DNA from: Candidatus Aenigmatarchaeota archaeon
GTDB taxonomy: Archaea > Aenigmatarchaeota > Aenigmatarchaeia > JACPZZ01
NCBI GenBank assembly: GCA_043801595.1
Contig: JAZDLW010000022.1
Location: 1-64,000 of the forward strand
Direction: 5' to 3'
Length of the DNA: 64,000 nucleotides
Below the pieces are notes generated by a model, which saw only the letters and a program-made list of their open reading frames with translations, had not been told where the DNA came from and did no database searches. Position numbers and translations under genes: made by a program. Of the stretch, positions 48,083 to 56,387 are shown piece after piece. The first letter of the stretch is position 1; each line of letters begins with the position of its first letter.

Positions 48083-48673
48083 ATGGTTGACGTATACGCC
48101 AAGATAGACGCGTCGATTAAAAGCGGATTGAAAATTCTAGGTTCCGGCAAGGATCCTGTCAAGACAATAGGCTCAGCAACCGACGCTTACAGAAAAGCCG
48201 AGGCTGAGCTTGGCGGAATCGGCACACCTGTGATCGGAACTACGGACCACCACAAATACCAATTGGCGGAAAAGAGGATCGAAGGCCTTAAGCTGGAAAT
48301 AAGAGGCTATGCAAGGCAGTCGATGACAGAACGCGTTGACAATGTCTACAAAACGATAAGGAACAACGATTACGGAATTCCGAAATTAAGGACAAGAGGA
48401 CTTAATGTTTTATTGGATCCGGTAACGTCCTCCGGAATAAGCGAATCAGTGTCGGGAAAAACGGAGAAATACAGAAAGGAGTCCGAAGGCTATGTCAAAA
48501 CCGTTATCACGGAGCTTGACCGCGTGGGACTGAAAGAGGCGGACGATGACGCGCTGAAATCCGAGCTAAATCGCAAGCTCGCGGCTGCGAAAAAAACATT
48601 GGAGAGGCAGAAAAAGGATTACGAGGGCGCGGCAAGGGCGGACGCGATCAGAAAAGCTTCCAAAAGGCGTTAG
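48083..48673 (+). CDS. Hypothetical helical protein, paralog of 44995-45636
   Basis: AYRKAEAELGG...KYQLA..RIEGLKLEIRGYARQS. Confidence 0.8.
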   Translation: MVDVYAKIDASIKSGLKILGSGKDPVKTIGSATDAYRKAEAELGGIGTPVIGTTDHHKYQLAEKRIEGLKLEIRGYARQSMTERVDNVYKTIRNNDYGIPKLRTRGLNVLLDPVTSSGISESVSGKTEKYRKESEGYVKTVITELDRVGLKEADDDALKSELNRKLAAAKKTLERQKKDYEGAARADAIRKASKRR

Positions 48674-48729
48674 GCGTTTCCGAACGTTTTTAAATATATG
48701 CGCTGGAAATAACTAAAAAGGGAGATTTG

Positions 48730-49608
48730 ATGCATACGACGAACAAGAATAATTTTATTTTTTGGGCGATTTTCTCAGTCGTTTTAACGCTGCCCTTGTT
48801 TGCGGCTGCGGCGCCGGTCGGTGCGAGCGCGGTCGGAGCGTCGCTGTTAAAAATGATAGGCGTTCCCGATGCAATATCGAATGGCGGCGCATCGACAATA
48901 ATGTTCTATGTCGTAATACCGTCGATAATCATGTTCCTGATAATGTACGGAATTCTTGACGAGATAAAATTATTCTACAAGGGAGGAATAAACTTCGCGA
49001 TAGCGTTCTTCGCAACTTTGTTGACAATACCATCGGGCGTTTTAGGCCAGATCATTGTCGGGATTTACGGAGGCGGGCTTGCGACACTTGCCATAATACT
49101 GGGGATTTCGCTGTTGCCGAGGTTCATAGACGTTTTCGGTCCGCGTACGGGATTGCCTACCAATATCCTGAACCTGTTGTCCGGTGTTACGTACGGTTTT
49201 GTGATGTATTATGTTTTCGGCCTGCTTGAGGGCGGAAATGCGCTCGGCGGAGTTTTAAAGGATGCGACATGGATAAAATGGGTTTTTGCCATTGGCGTGC
49301 CGATTCTGGTCATGTGGAGGGGCTGGTGGAACAGAAGCCTCAATATGCGCATGGGAAGCGTTCTGAACGTACAACATGCGGAAGAGACGGCTGCGTTGCA
49401 GGCCGCAAATCGATGCAAGCAGGCACTCCGTGATTTGGCAAATGTCACCGCTACTGGGGGCGGGTCGTTGGCAGGCGTGGATGCTGCCACTTACAACAAT
49501 GCTATTATGAACGTTGAAACAATGTGCAGTCACGCTTATCCCGAGCCTTATCTCAGAACTTTGCCGAAAGGCACTATAACAAAGCTAGCAAATACGCATA
49601 CAACCTAA
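48730..49608 (+). CDS. Polytopic membrane protein (tandem family member 1)
   Basis: VIPSIIMFLIMYGILDEIKLF...INFAIAFF. Confidence 0.8.
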   Translation: MHTTNKNNFIFWAIFSVVLTLPLFAAAAPVGASAVGASLLKMIGVPDAISNGGASTIMFYVVIPSIIMFLIMYGILDEIKLFYKGGINFAIAFFATLLTIPSGVLGQIIVGIYGGGLATLAIILGISLLPRFIDVFGPRTGLPTNILNLLSGVTYGFVMYYVFGLLEGGNALGGVLKDATWIKWVFAIGVPILVMWRGWWNRSLNMRMGSVLNVQHAEETAALQAANRCKQALRDLANVTATGGGSLAGVDAATYNNAIMNVETMCSHAYPEPYLRTLPKGTITKLANTHTT

Positions 49609-49646
49609 ACATCTAATTCTTTTTTAATCCGCTACAATATTCTTTT

Positions 49647-50450
49647 ATGGGCAAAAATCTACTGGTCGTTTTCCTGCTATCTCTTCTGGTATTCCCGTTC
49701 GCACTGGCGGCTGAATCAACGCTTTCCGAGGGAGCAGTCAAATTCTGGGGCACGTGGTTCAATGTCCCTGCAAAGTATATGATATCGTGGCAGTCGATTG
49801 TCACGTTCGTAGTTGTGCCGATTATCATAGCATTGTTTTTCGCCTATGAGATCTGGAAAGATCTGGGAATTTTTCACGCAGGCGCAGCGAATGTCTGGAT
49901 CCCGATTCTGATAGTTTACATGATGCTCAGGAACGGTTTCTGGGACTACATCGATTTGTTTGTGTCAAGTACGCAGATGATTCCGGCACTGGTTCTATCG
50001 TTCCTCGCAATGCAGGTAACAAGCAAACTAAAGGGCAAAGTGACGTCGTTCGGCTATTCTGGAATTTTCGGCGGTATGGTGGGTTATGCGCTTGAAGCTG
50101 TAAGCGGCGGCATTTTTCTCGGGAGCATAGGTTTTATCATAAGCAAGGGTCATCCCGGTCCGCTGGTTTACATAATGGCGTCTGTTGGAGCGGGTTTGGG
50201 CATTTTCGCAATGTGGTGGGAAAAACACGGAAGAAAGTCAGGATCGTTGAAAAATGCGCTCGGCGAGGAGGACCAGATAACGAGCGAAGAAGCAACGCTG
50301 GAAAAGGAGCTGAAGAGATACAATAAAATGGCCTCGCGCGAAAAGGACCCTGCGATTAAGGGTGTATACGAGGAGAGAATGGTCAATATTAAAAGGGAAC
50401 TAGACAAACTGAGGGCGCAGGAAGAGGTTGTTGTGGAAGGAGCCACATGA
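49647..50450 (+). CDS. Polytopic membrane protein with C-terminal coiled coil (member 2)
   Basis: VVPIIIALFFAYEIWKDLGIF...ANVWI; signal-peptide-like N-terminus. Confidence 0.8.
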   Translation: MGKNLLVVFLLSLLVFPFALAAESTLSEGAVKFWGTWFNVPAKYMISWQSIVTFVVVPIIIALFFAYEIWKDLGIFHAGAANVWIPILIVYMMLRNGFWDYIDLFVSSTQMIPALVLSFLAMQVTSKLKGKVTSFGYSGIFGGMVGYALEAVSGGIFLGSIGFIISKGHPGPLVYIMASVGAGLGIFAMWWEKHGRKSGSLKNALGEEDQITSEEATLEKELKRYNKMASREKDPAIKGVYEERMVNIKRELDKLRAQEEVVVEGAT

Positions 50451-50487
50451 TCGTTAACATTTAAGATTTGAACGAATAACTAATATT

Positions 50488-51084
50488 ATGTTTGCAGTTG
50501 CGTTCGCAGGACCGCCCACCTCTTCCCCCGCCTCGATTATTTTAAACTTGCTGGAAAAATACCAGGCACAACAGCTGGTCGTTCCGTTCCTTCTTACGTT
50601 TGTCATAGCGTACGGTGTTTTGGACTCGATAAAAATATTCAAGAAAAACAGCATAAACGCGATAGTCGCGCTCGCGATTTCCTTTTACGCGATATTTTAC
50701 GGCCCTTACGGCGCAATGGGATCGTTTTTGACGCAAATTTATGGCACTGGTGCGGTTGCGATAGCGGGACTGGTAATGATTATGATAATCCTTGGAGCGC
50801 TGAGTTTGGGCGGAACGCACATGCCGGGACAGGGCGTTTTTCAGAGGCTATTTGGTAATTCGTTCGGCCCGATAGTGGGAATCATAGTGGTTGTTGTTAT
50901 GATATACCTGCTGTCGACCGGCTACTTGCAGGGCGTTGGCATAAATCTAGATCCGGATACGACCGCATTTCTGATAATACTGTTGCTGATAATACTCTTC
51001 ATATACATTATCGCAAGGCCGGACAGGATGAAAAAATGGTGGAACATGTGGGGTCCGCATTATCCGGCAGGCGGCGATTGGTAA
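50488..51084 (+). CDS. Polytopic membrane protein (member 3)
   Basis: VVPFLLTFVIAYGVLDSIKIF...INAIVALAISFY. Confidence 0.82.
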   Translation: MFAVAFAGPPTSSPASIILNLLEKYQAQQLVVPFLLTFVIAYGVLDSIKIFKKNSINAIVALAISFYAIFYGPYGAMGSFLTQIYGTGAVAIAGLVMIMIILGALSLGGTHMPGQGVFQRLFGNSFGPIVGIIVVVVMIYLLSTGYLQGVGINLDPDTTAFLIILLLIILFIYIIARPDRMKKWWNMWGPHYPAGGDW

Positions 51085-51092
51085 CAATAAAC

Positions 51093-51220
51093 GACCTTTT
51101 TTAACAACGGAAAGCTTCTGCTTTCAACGGAAGCCACAGGTTTCCGTGCACAGGAAAATCGTGATTTTCCCGTGCCGTGCATAGGAAATTTCCGAATTTC
51201 CTATGAAAGGTCAATCAAAA
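51093..51220 (+). repeat. Nested double-hairpin element (outer 51105-51205, inner 51125-51174) in a GACCTTT/AAAGGTC-AATCAAAA hairpin
   Basis: Direct reading. Confidence 0.9.
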
Positions 51221-51264
51221 AGGGTTTGTCGAGAAATAAAAACTAACGAAAAGAGAATGATATT

Positions 51265-51750
51265 ATGGTTCAGGACATATTCACGCCATTGCTCGGAAAT
51301 CTCAATCAACTGGGTTTTTATAAGTTTTTGCTTCCTTGGCTGTTCACTCTGGCAATAGTCTACGGAATTCTTTTAAAAACGAAGATTTTTGACGAGAAAG
51401 AAAAAACCCTAAACGGCCTTATAGCGCTTGTTGCGGCGTTCTTTGTGGTAAACTACACACCCATTGGTTTTGGTTTGGATTCGTTTTTCACGCAGGCGTT
51501 CGGCGTAGGCATACTGATACTAACTGCCATTTTTGTGGTGCTGCTGCTCATGGGGCTGGTGGGATTAAAGGGCGAGGAAATATTCAAAGCCGAGAACATG
51601 AAGAACGGCGGCCTGGCAATAATGTTGCTGATTATTTTCATCATCATATTGGTGTTCATGATAGGCGGGGTGAAAATAGATTCGAGCCAGTTAACGCTGA
51701 TAATGACCCTGCTGTTCATAATTGTTGCGGTTGCGTACATAGCGAAATAA
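51265..51750 (+). CDS. Polytopic membrane protein (member 4)
   Basis: GFYKFLLPWLFTLAIVYGILLKTKIF...LNGLIALVAAFF. Confidence 0.82.
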   Translation: MVQDIFTPLLGNLNQLGFYKFLLPWLFTLAIVYGILLKTKIFDEKEKTLNGLIALVAAFFVVNYTPIGFGLDSFFTQAFGVGILILTAIFVVLLLMGLVGLKGEEIFKAENMKNGGLAIMLLIIFIIILVFMIGGVKIDSSQLTLIMTLLFIIVAVAYIAK

Positions 51751-51826
51751 ACTTCTTAGGACAACGGAAAGCCGAAGCTTTCCGTGCAAAGGAAACGCAT
51801 CGTTTCCTTTGAGAAGTTTAATCAAG
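51748..51826 (+). repeat. Double-hairpin element (51762-51811) in an AAACTTCT/AGAAGTTT-AATCAAG hairpin
   Basis: CAACGGAAAGC..GCTTTCCGTGCAAAGGAAACG..CGTTTCCTTTG. Confidence 0.9.
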
Positions 51827-51866
51827 AAATAATACGGTTAAATAGATCACAGGAGAACTAGTAATT

Positions 51867-52451
51867 ATGGCTGCGTTTGATTTCATACAATTACAAAACA
51901 CCCTGAAAGCTGCGGGATTTTATGATTTTATCCTGCCTTGGCTGCTGGCGTTTTCGATAGTTTTCGGGGTTCTTCAGACTGTCAACGTTTTCAAGAAGGG
52001 TGACGGCAAACTGCCCAATACGTCCGTTGACGGGATAATTTCGCTTGTAGTGGCGTTTTATCTGACATTGTTCACGCCTTACCAAGGCTTTCTTTCGTCA
52101 TTTTTCAGCAAGCTTTTCGGAAGCTCGATAATAGTTTTATCGGGCGTGCTCATGCTGCTGATATTCGTGGGAATTTTCGGTTTTCAATCCAAGGAACTTT
52201 TCCAAGGAACAAAGACAAAATACGTGGTTTTGGCAGTTGCTCTGGTATTGGCAGCCGGTTTGTTTTTCAACGCAAATTCGGGAATATTCTCGTTCGGCGG
52301 CGTGGGTTCGTTGTTTTCAAGCGGCGGCGATGCGTTAACGTTGATAGTATTTCTTGCGGTAATAGCGCTGGTAATGTGGTATATTGTACACGAAGGCAAA
52401 GGTGGGGCAGAGGAGACACCAGCCAAACCTGTCGGCAAGGATTCGAACTAG
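51867..52451 (+). CDS. Polytopic membrane protein (member 5)
   Basis: GFYDFILPWLLAFSIVFGVLQTVNVF...VDGIISLVVAFY. Confidence 0.82.
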   Translation: MAAFDFIQLQNTLKAAGFYDFILPWLLAFSIVFGVLQTVNVFKKGDGKLPNTSVDGIISLVVAFYLTLFTPYQGFLSSFFSKLFGSSIIVLSGVLMLLIFVGIFGFQSKELFQGTKTKYVVLAVALVLAAGLFFNANSGIFSFGGVGSLFSSGGDALTLIVFLAVIALVMWYIVHEGKGGAEETPAKPVGKDSN

Positions 52452-52512
52452 TATTTTTAAACAAACCCACAATTGAGAACGCTTTAAATCTTTATTTGCA
52501 GTTCTGTAAGGC

Positions 52513-52920
52513 ATGAGATACGAAAGAGAGGGTTATTACTCGCTTCCGTTTACGCTTGTTTATAACAAGGTATCGCAAGTTATAAACTGGCGATTGGACA
52601 AGGTTGAGATATCCGGAATAAACAAGACGGACACAGGACATTACGTTTATGCAGATGATGGCTATTGGCTTGAGGCTGGAACCGGTTACCGTGGATGCAG
52701 TATAGGAAATGTAAGGGGGGAAGTGGGTTGCCTGGTATGCCGTGGAGACAACGAATTCCGTGCAAGAGTCTACGACCCGTTTAGGGATGCACGTATCAAC
52801 AGAGTACAAGTAAGAATCAGCGCAGATAAATATTTTGAAGTTGCCAATGAGGTCTTTCAGGAATTGGATGTTTTGGAAAGGGAACTCTTCCTTGGTCCTC
52901 AAATTTTCAGGAGAATATAA
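52513..52920 (+). CDS. Hypothetical protein
   Basis: 135-aa ORF downstream of TTTAAA boxes; no motif. Confidence 0.55.
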   Translation: MRYEREGYYSLPFTLVYNKVSQVINWRLDKVEISGINKTDTGHYVYADDGYWLEAGTGYRGCSIGNVRGEVGCLVCRGDNEFRARVYDPFRDARINRVQVRISADKYFEVANEVFQELDVLERELFLGPQIFRRI

Positions 52921-52948
52921 CACGACAAGTTTTTTGGGTTTCGATTTT

Positions 52949-53644
52949 TTATTGCTTGTTTCCCATTTTCTGCAGCGTATCGTTAACAGAACGGACGGAT
53001 TCTATCATTGAAGGAAGCGTTTCCTTGAAAGCTTTTTCTATTGATCCGATCCTTGCGTCGATCTGGTCTATGTTTTCGCGGTACTGGTCGATCTTTCCCT
53101 CTATTCCGCCTGTTGCGAAATGACTGGATTCCTTTATTGTCCGCATTTGCAAATCAATATCGTGTAACCGTTCGTTAACAGCGTCAAATCTTTTCTCAAT
53201 CGCATCTATCCTGAATTCAAGCTGCTTCCATTTTTCTTCCACAACAGCCTCGACGACCTCTTCGATTTCCGTAGCTCCGGGCGTGCCGCTCAACGCGACC
53301 GGTATCGTGCCCATTTCCGGCATTGACGGTTCCCATTCGGGTGCGGGTTGCGGTTCCTGGTTCTCTACTGGAAAATCATAACCCGTAGGTTCAGGCTCTG
53401 GCGCTTGGAATTCCGGTTGCTGTTGCTGCGCAGGCTGTTGTCGCTGCTGCGTGACGCCTTCCTTTACAGCGGTCATCATTGCGCTGTGAATTTCAGGCTC
53501 GGAATAACCTTCCTGTTTCAGATTCGAAGAAACATCATTCTCATGCAGTCCTTGGTTTGACATGGAAACAACCTTGTTCACAGGCGCTTCGCCCCTTCCC
53601 GTTTCTTGGGGTTTTTTCTTAAAAAGCCACATGAACTTACCCAA
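52949..53644 (-). CDS. Hypothetical protein with Q/P/E-rich linker and C-terminal coiled coil
   Basis: LKQEGYSEPEI..A; IEEVVEAVVEEKW...IDARIGSIEKAFKETLP. Confidence 0.8.
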   Translation of the reverse strand: MGKFMWLFKKKPQETGRGEAPVNKVVSMSNQGLHENDVSSNLKQEGYSEPEIHSAMMTAVKEGVTQQRQQPAQQQQPEFQAPEPEPTGYDFPVENQEPQPAPEWEPSMPEMGTIPVALSGTPGATEIEEVVEAVVEEKWKQLEFRIDAIEKRFDAVNERLHDIDLQMRTIKESSHFATGGIEGKIDQYRENIDQIDARIGSIEKAFKETLPSMIESVRSVNDTLQKMGNKQ

Positions 53645-53676
53645 ATAATGTTTGACTAACGCTTAATATATTGTTT

Positions 53677-54072
53677 TCATTGTTCGTTTTTCCGTTCATC
53701 GAGCATTCTTTTGACTTCCGGCCGCGTGATAAAGCTTGATTTCATGGGGTTTATCAGATCGATGAAGCCCTGAAGTTCTTTCAGCTCGTTTTTCGTCGCA
53801 ACGCGCTCCATCAACTTTGCCGTTTTTCTTGAATCGTCTTCGAGTTTCGCTATACTGTTTCCCAGTTCTTCGATCCGCGCGCCGAGCTTGTCAATGGAAA
53901 TTTTGACCTGCTTAAATTGTTCAAGAATGCTCTTGTCTATGGTTTCCATGCTAGATTCAAGCGTCGCGCTCCGCTGTTCGACCAAGCGCAGCCTTTTCGA
54001 GTTGTCGTTTACGCGCCTTATTATCTCCGCAATCACGGACTGAAAATCCTGTTTTTTATCAAAAACGGCCAT
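53677..54072 (-). CDS. Hypothetical coiled-coil protein
   Basis: EIIRRVNDNSKRLRLVEQR...DLINPMKSSFIT; start at MAVFDKK inferred. Confidence 0.75.
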   Translation of the reverse strand: MAVFDKKQDFQSVIAEIIRRVNDNSKRLRLVEQRSATLESSMETIDKSILEQFKQVKISIDKLGARIEELGNSIAKLEDDSRKTAKLMERVATKNELKELQGFIDLINPMKSSFITRPEVKRMLDERKNEQ

Positions 54073-54113
54073 GCTATCAAAATACAATTTAGATAAAAGA
54101 CATAATATAGTAT

Positions 54114-56387
54114 ATGGCTCTACGTTTCGAGTACAATCCGCAGGATAATTCCATACGGCTGAACACGCTCGGTACGCTTTACGGCTCAAGCCTCGAGGAC
54201 TTTGACGCCATAATGGCGGCAGCTATTGATAAAATAATCGAGGTAAAGAAAGTTTCGCGGATCGTGCTTGCGGAAACGCGTGAATACGAGTATGACTGGG
54301 AACAAACAAAGCTTCTTGTCGAAATTGCCGAAGCACTGGATGAGATAGTAAAAGGAAGGAGATTGCTGACCATTTCTGCGCTGTCGCCGCCAAACTGCGA
54401 CAAGCACACGCAAGAGCGAAGCCACAACGTGCAGCGCATTGTAATAGATTTGATGCGGCGCGACCCGATCGGAGCGTATGCGGAGGTATTGAGGGAGATC
54501 AGACAGGCGAAAATAGACGCGAAGAAGAACCCATATCACATCCAGTGCTACGCGTATTATGTGAACAATTCGCTGCTTCCAATCCAGCGTGCGATGGAAT
54601 CCACGACGCTGATACAACTCGTAAAGGATAATATCGCAGGCTATCATATCGGCGACAGGAGCCTTTACAGGGATATATTTCATCCAACAGTACGGCCGAA
54701 TTTCATGCTAACAAGGTACATGTCCGCCACGCCCGCAAACGGCCAGGCGGTTGACAGGTACAAAATCGGCGACATAGATGTTGAGATATTCCGCGTTCCA
54801 ACAAAATCGGAATTGGTCTATCACGTTATTCCGCCTGAATTTCAGTTAACAGAGGATAAGTACATGTTGCTGGATGCGGCCAGAAGATATATGGCAGCAC
54901 ACAGGCCCATTGAAACGGAGTTTTCCGATCCCGAGCGGGCGCGCGAGATATTCGCAAACATAGGGCGCGACATGATACGCGATTTGTCAACGAACATGGG
55001 AATATTTTTGAGCCCGGGCGAGACCGAGAATATAACCAAAATCCTGACGCGTTACACAGCAGGCTACGGAGTTTTGGAAATTTTACTGGCCGACGAAAAG
55101 ATACAGGACATATATATCAATTCGCCTATCGGACAAAATCCCATATACATCACGCATTCCGATTACAACGAGTGCGCAACCAATCTTATTCCCACAAAGG
55201 ATGACGCTGAATCGTGGGCAACGAGATTCAGAATAGCGTCTGGACGGCCGTTAGACGAGGCGAACCCGGTCCTTGACACGGATATAATAGTTCCTGGCGG
55301 GCGCGCGAGAGTTGCTGCGATAACAAAGACTTTGTCGCCTGAAGGGCTGGCGTTCGCGTTCCGAAGACACAGGGATAAACCTTGGACGCTACCGTTGTTC
55401 ATAAAAAGCGGGATGATAAATCCGCTGTTCGCGGGCGTGATGAGTTTTTTAGTCGATGGTTCAGCGTCTATGCTGATCGCAGGCGGTCGAGGATCCGGAA
55501 AGACGTCGCTGTTAAACGCCCTGATGCTTGAGATCTCGCCGAACAAGCGAATACTTACTGTCGAGGATACGATCGAGCTTGCGGTCGATTACATGAGAAA
55601 GCTCGGGTACAACATCGAACGATTGAAGTCGCGTTCGGTGATTACGCACATCGAAACTGAGATGGCTGCGGATGAGGCGTTGCGAACTGCGCTGCGTCTC
55701 GGCGATTCCTCGTTAATAGTGGGCGAAGTGCGTTCGATCGAGGCGAAAGCGCTGTACGAGGCAATGCGAATAGGCGCTTTATCGAACATTGTCGCAGGCA
55801 CAATACACGGCGAATCGCCGTACGGCGTTTACGACCGAGTTGTGAACGATCTCGGCGTTCCGCCGACAAGTTTCAAAGCGACGGATATAATCGTTATTGC
55901 GAAAATGCTCCATTCCGCCGACGGTTTGCACAGGTTCCGGCGCGTAACGGAATTGACAGAAGTGCGCAAGCACTGGAAAAACGACCCGTACGAAGAAAAG
56001 GGATTTGTAAACCTCATGGAATATTCGGCTGCTAACGACGCACTGAAGGCCACTGATGTTCTGTCTACGGGCGAGTCGGAAATAATAAACCGGATAGCTT
56101 CGTCAACGCGCGAGTGGGAAGGAAAATGGGAGGATGTATGGGAAAACATACAGCTTCGCGCGAACATCAAAAAAGCAATGGTCGACTACTCCACCAAACT
56201 CAATCTTCCGGAAATAATCGAGGCGCCGTGGGTGATACAATCCAACGAATGTTTCCATATAATCAGTTCGAAAATCAAGGAAGATACGGGTTACATGGAT
56301 CCGAAGGAAATATTCTCCAGGTGGGATAAATGGTTTGGCACAAAAATAAAGGAGTATATTCCGAAATTGGCGACAAAGGCAAGATGA
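54114..56387 (+). CDS. Type II/IV secretion ATPase (TadA/FlaI/VirB11 family)
   Basis: Walker A GGRGSGKT, Asp box EDTIEL, Walker B LIVGEVR, His box GTIHG. Confidence 0.95.
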   Translation: MALRFEYNPQDNSIRLNTLGTLYGSSLEDFDAIMAAAIDKIIEVKKVSRIVLAETREYEYDWEQTKLLVEIAEALDEIVKGRRLLTISALSPPNCDKHTQERSHNVQRIVIDLMRRDPIGAYAEVLREIRQAKIDAKKNPYHIQCYAYYVNNSLLPIQRAMESTTLIQLVKDNIAGYHIGDRSLYRDIFHPTVRPNFMLTRYMSATPANGQAVDRYKIGDIDVEIFRVPTKSELVYHVIPPEFQLTEDKYMLLDAARRYMAAHRPIETEFSDPERAREIFANIGRDMIRDLSTNMGIFLSPGETENITKILTRYTAGYGVLEILLADEKIQDIYINSPIGQNPIYITHSDYNECATNLIPTKDDAESWATRFRIASGRPLDEANPVLDTDIIVPGGRARVAAITKTLSPEGLAFAFRRHRDKPWTLPLFIKSGMINPLFAGVMSFLVDGSASMLIAGGRGSGKTSLLNALMLEISPNKRILTVEDTIELAVDYMRKLGYNIERLKSRSVITHIETEMAADEALRTALRLGDSSLIVGEVRSIEAKALYEAMRIGALSNIVAGTIHGESPYGVYDRVVNDLGVPPTSFKATDIIVIAKMLHSADGLHRFRRVTELTEVRKHWKNDPYEEKGFVNLMEYSAANDALKATDVLSTGESEIINRIASSTREWEGKWEDVWENIQLRANIKKAMVDYSTKLNLPEIIEAPWVIQSNECFHIISSKIKEDTGYMDPKEIFSRWDKWFGTKIKEYIPKLATKAR

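Noticed and set aside
16655..51826. Palindromic repeats as a CRISPR array
   Set aside because: They are dispersed and variable, with no regular repeat-spacer periodicity and no cas genes.
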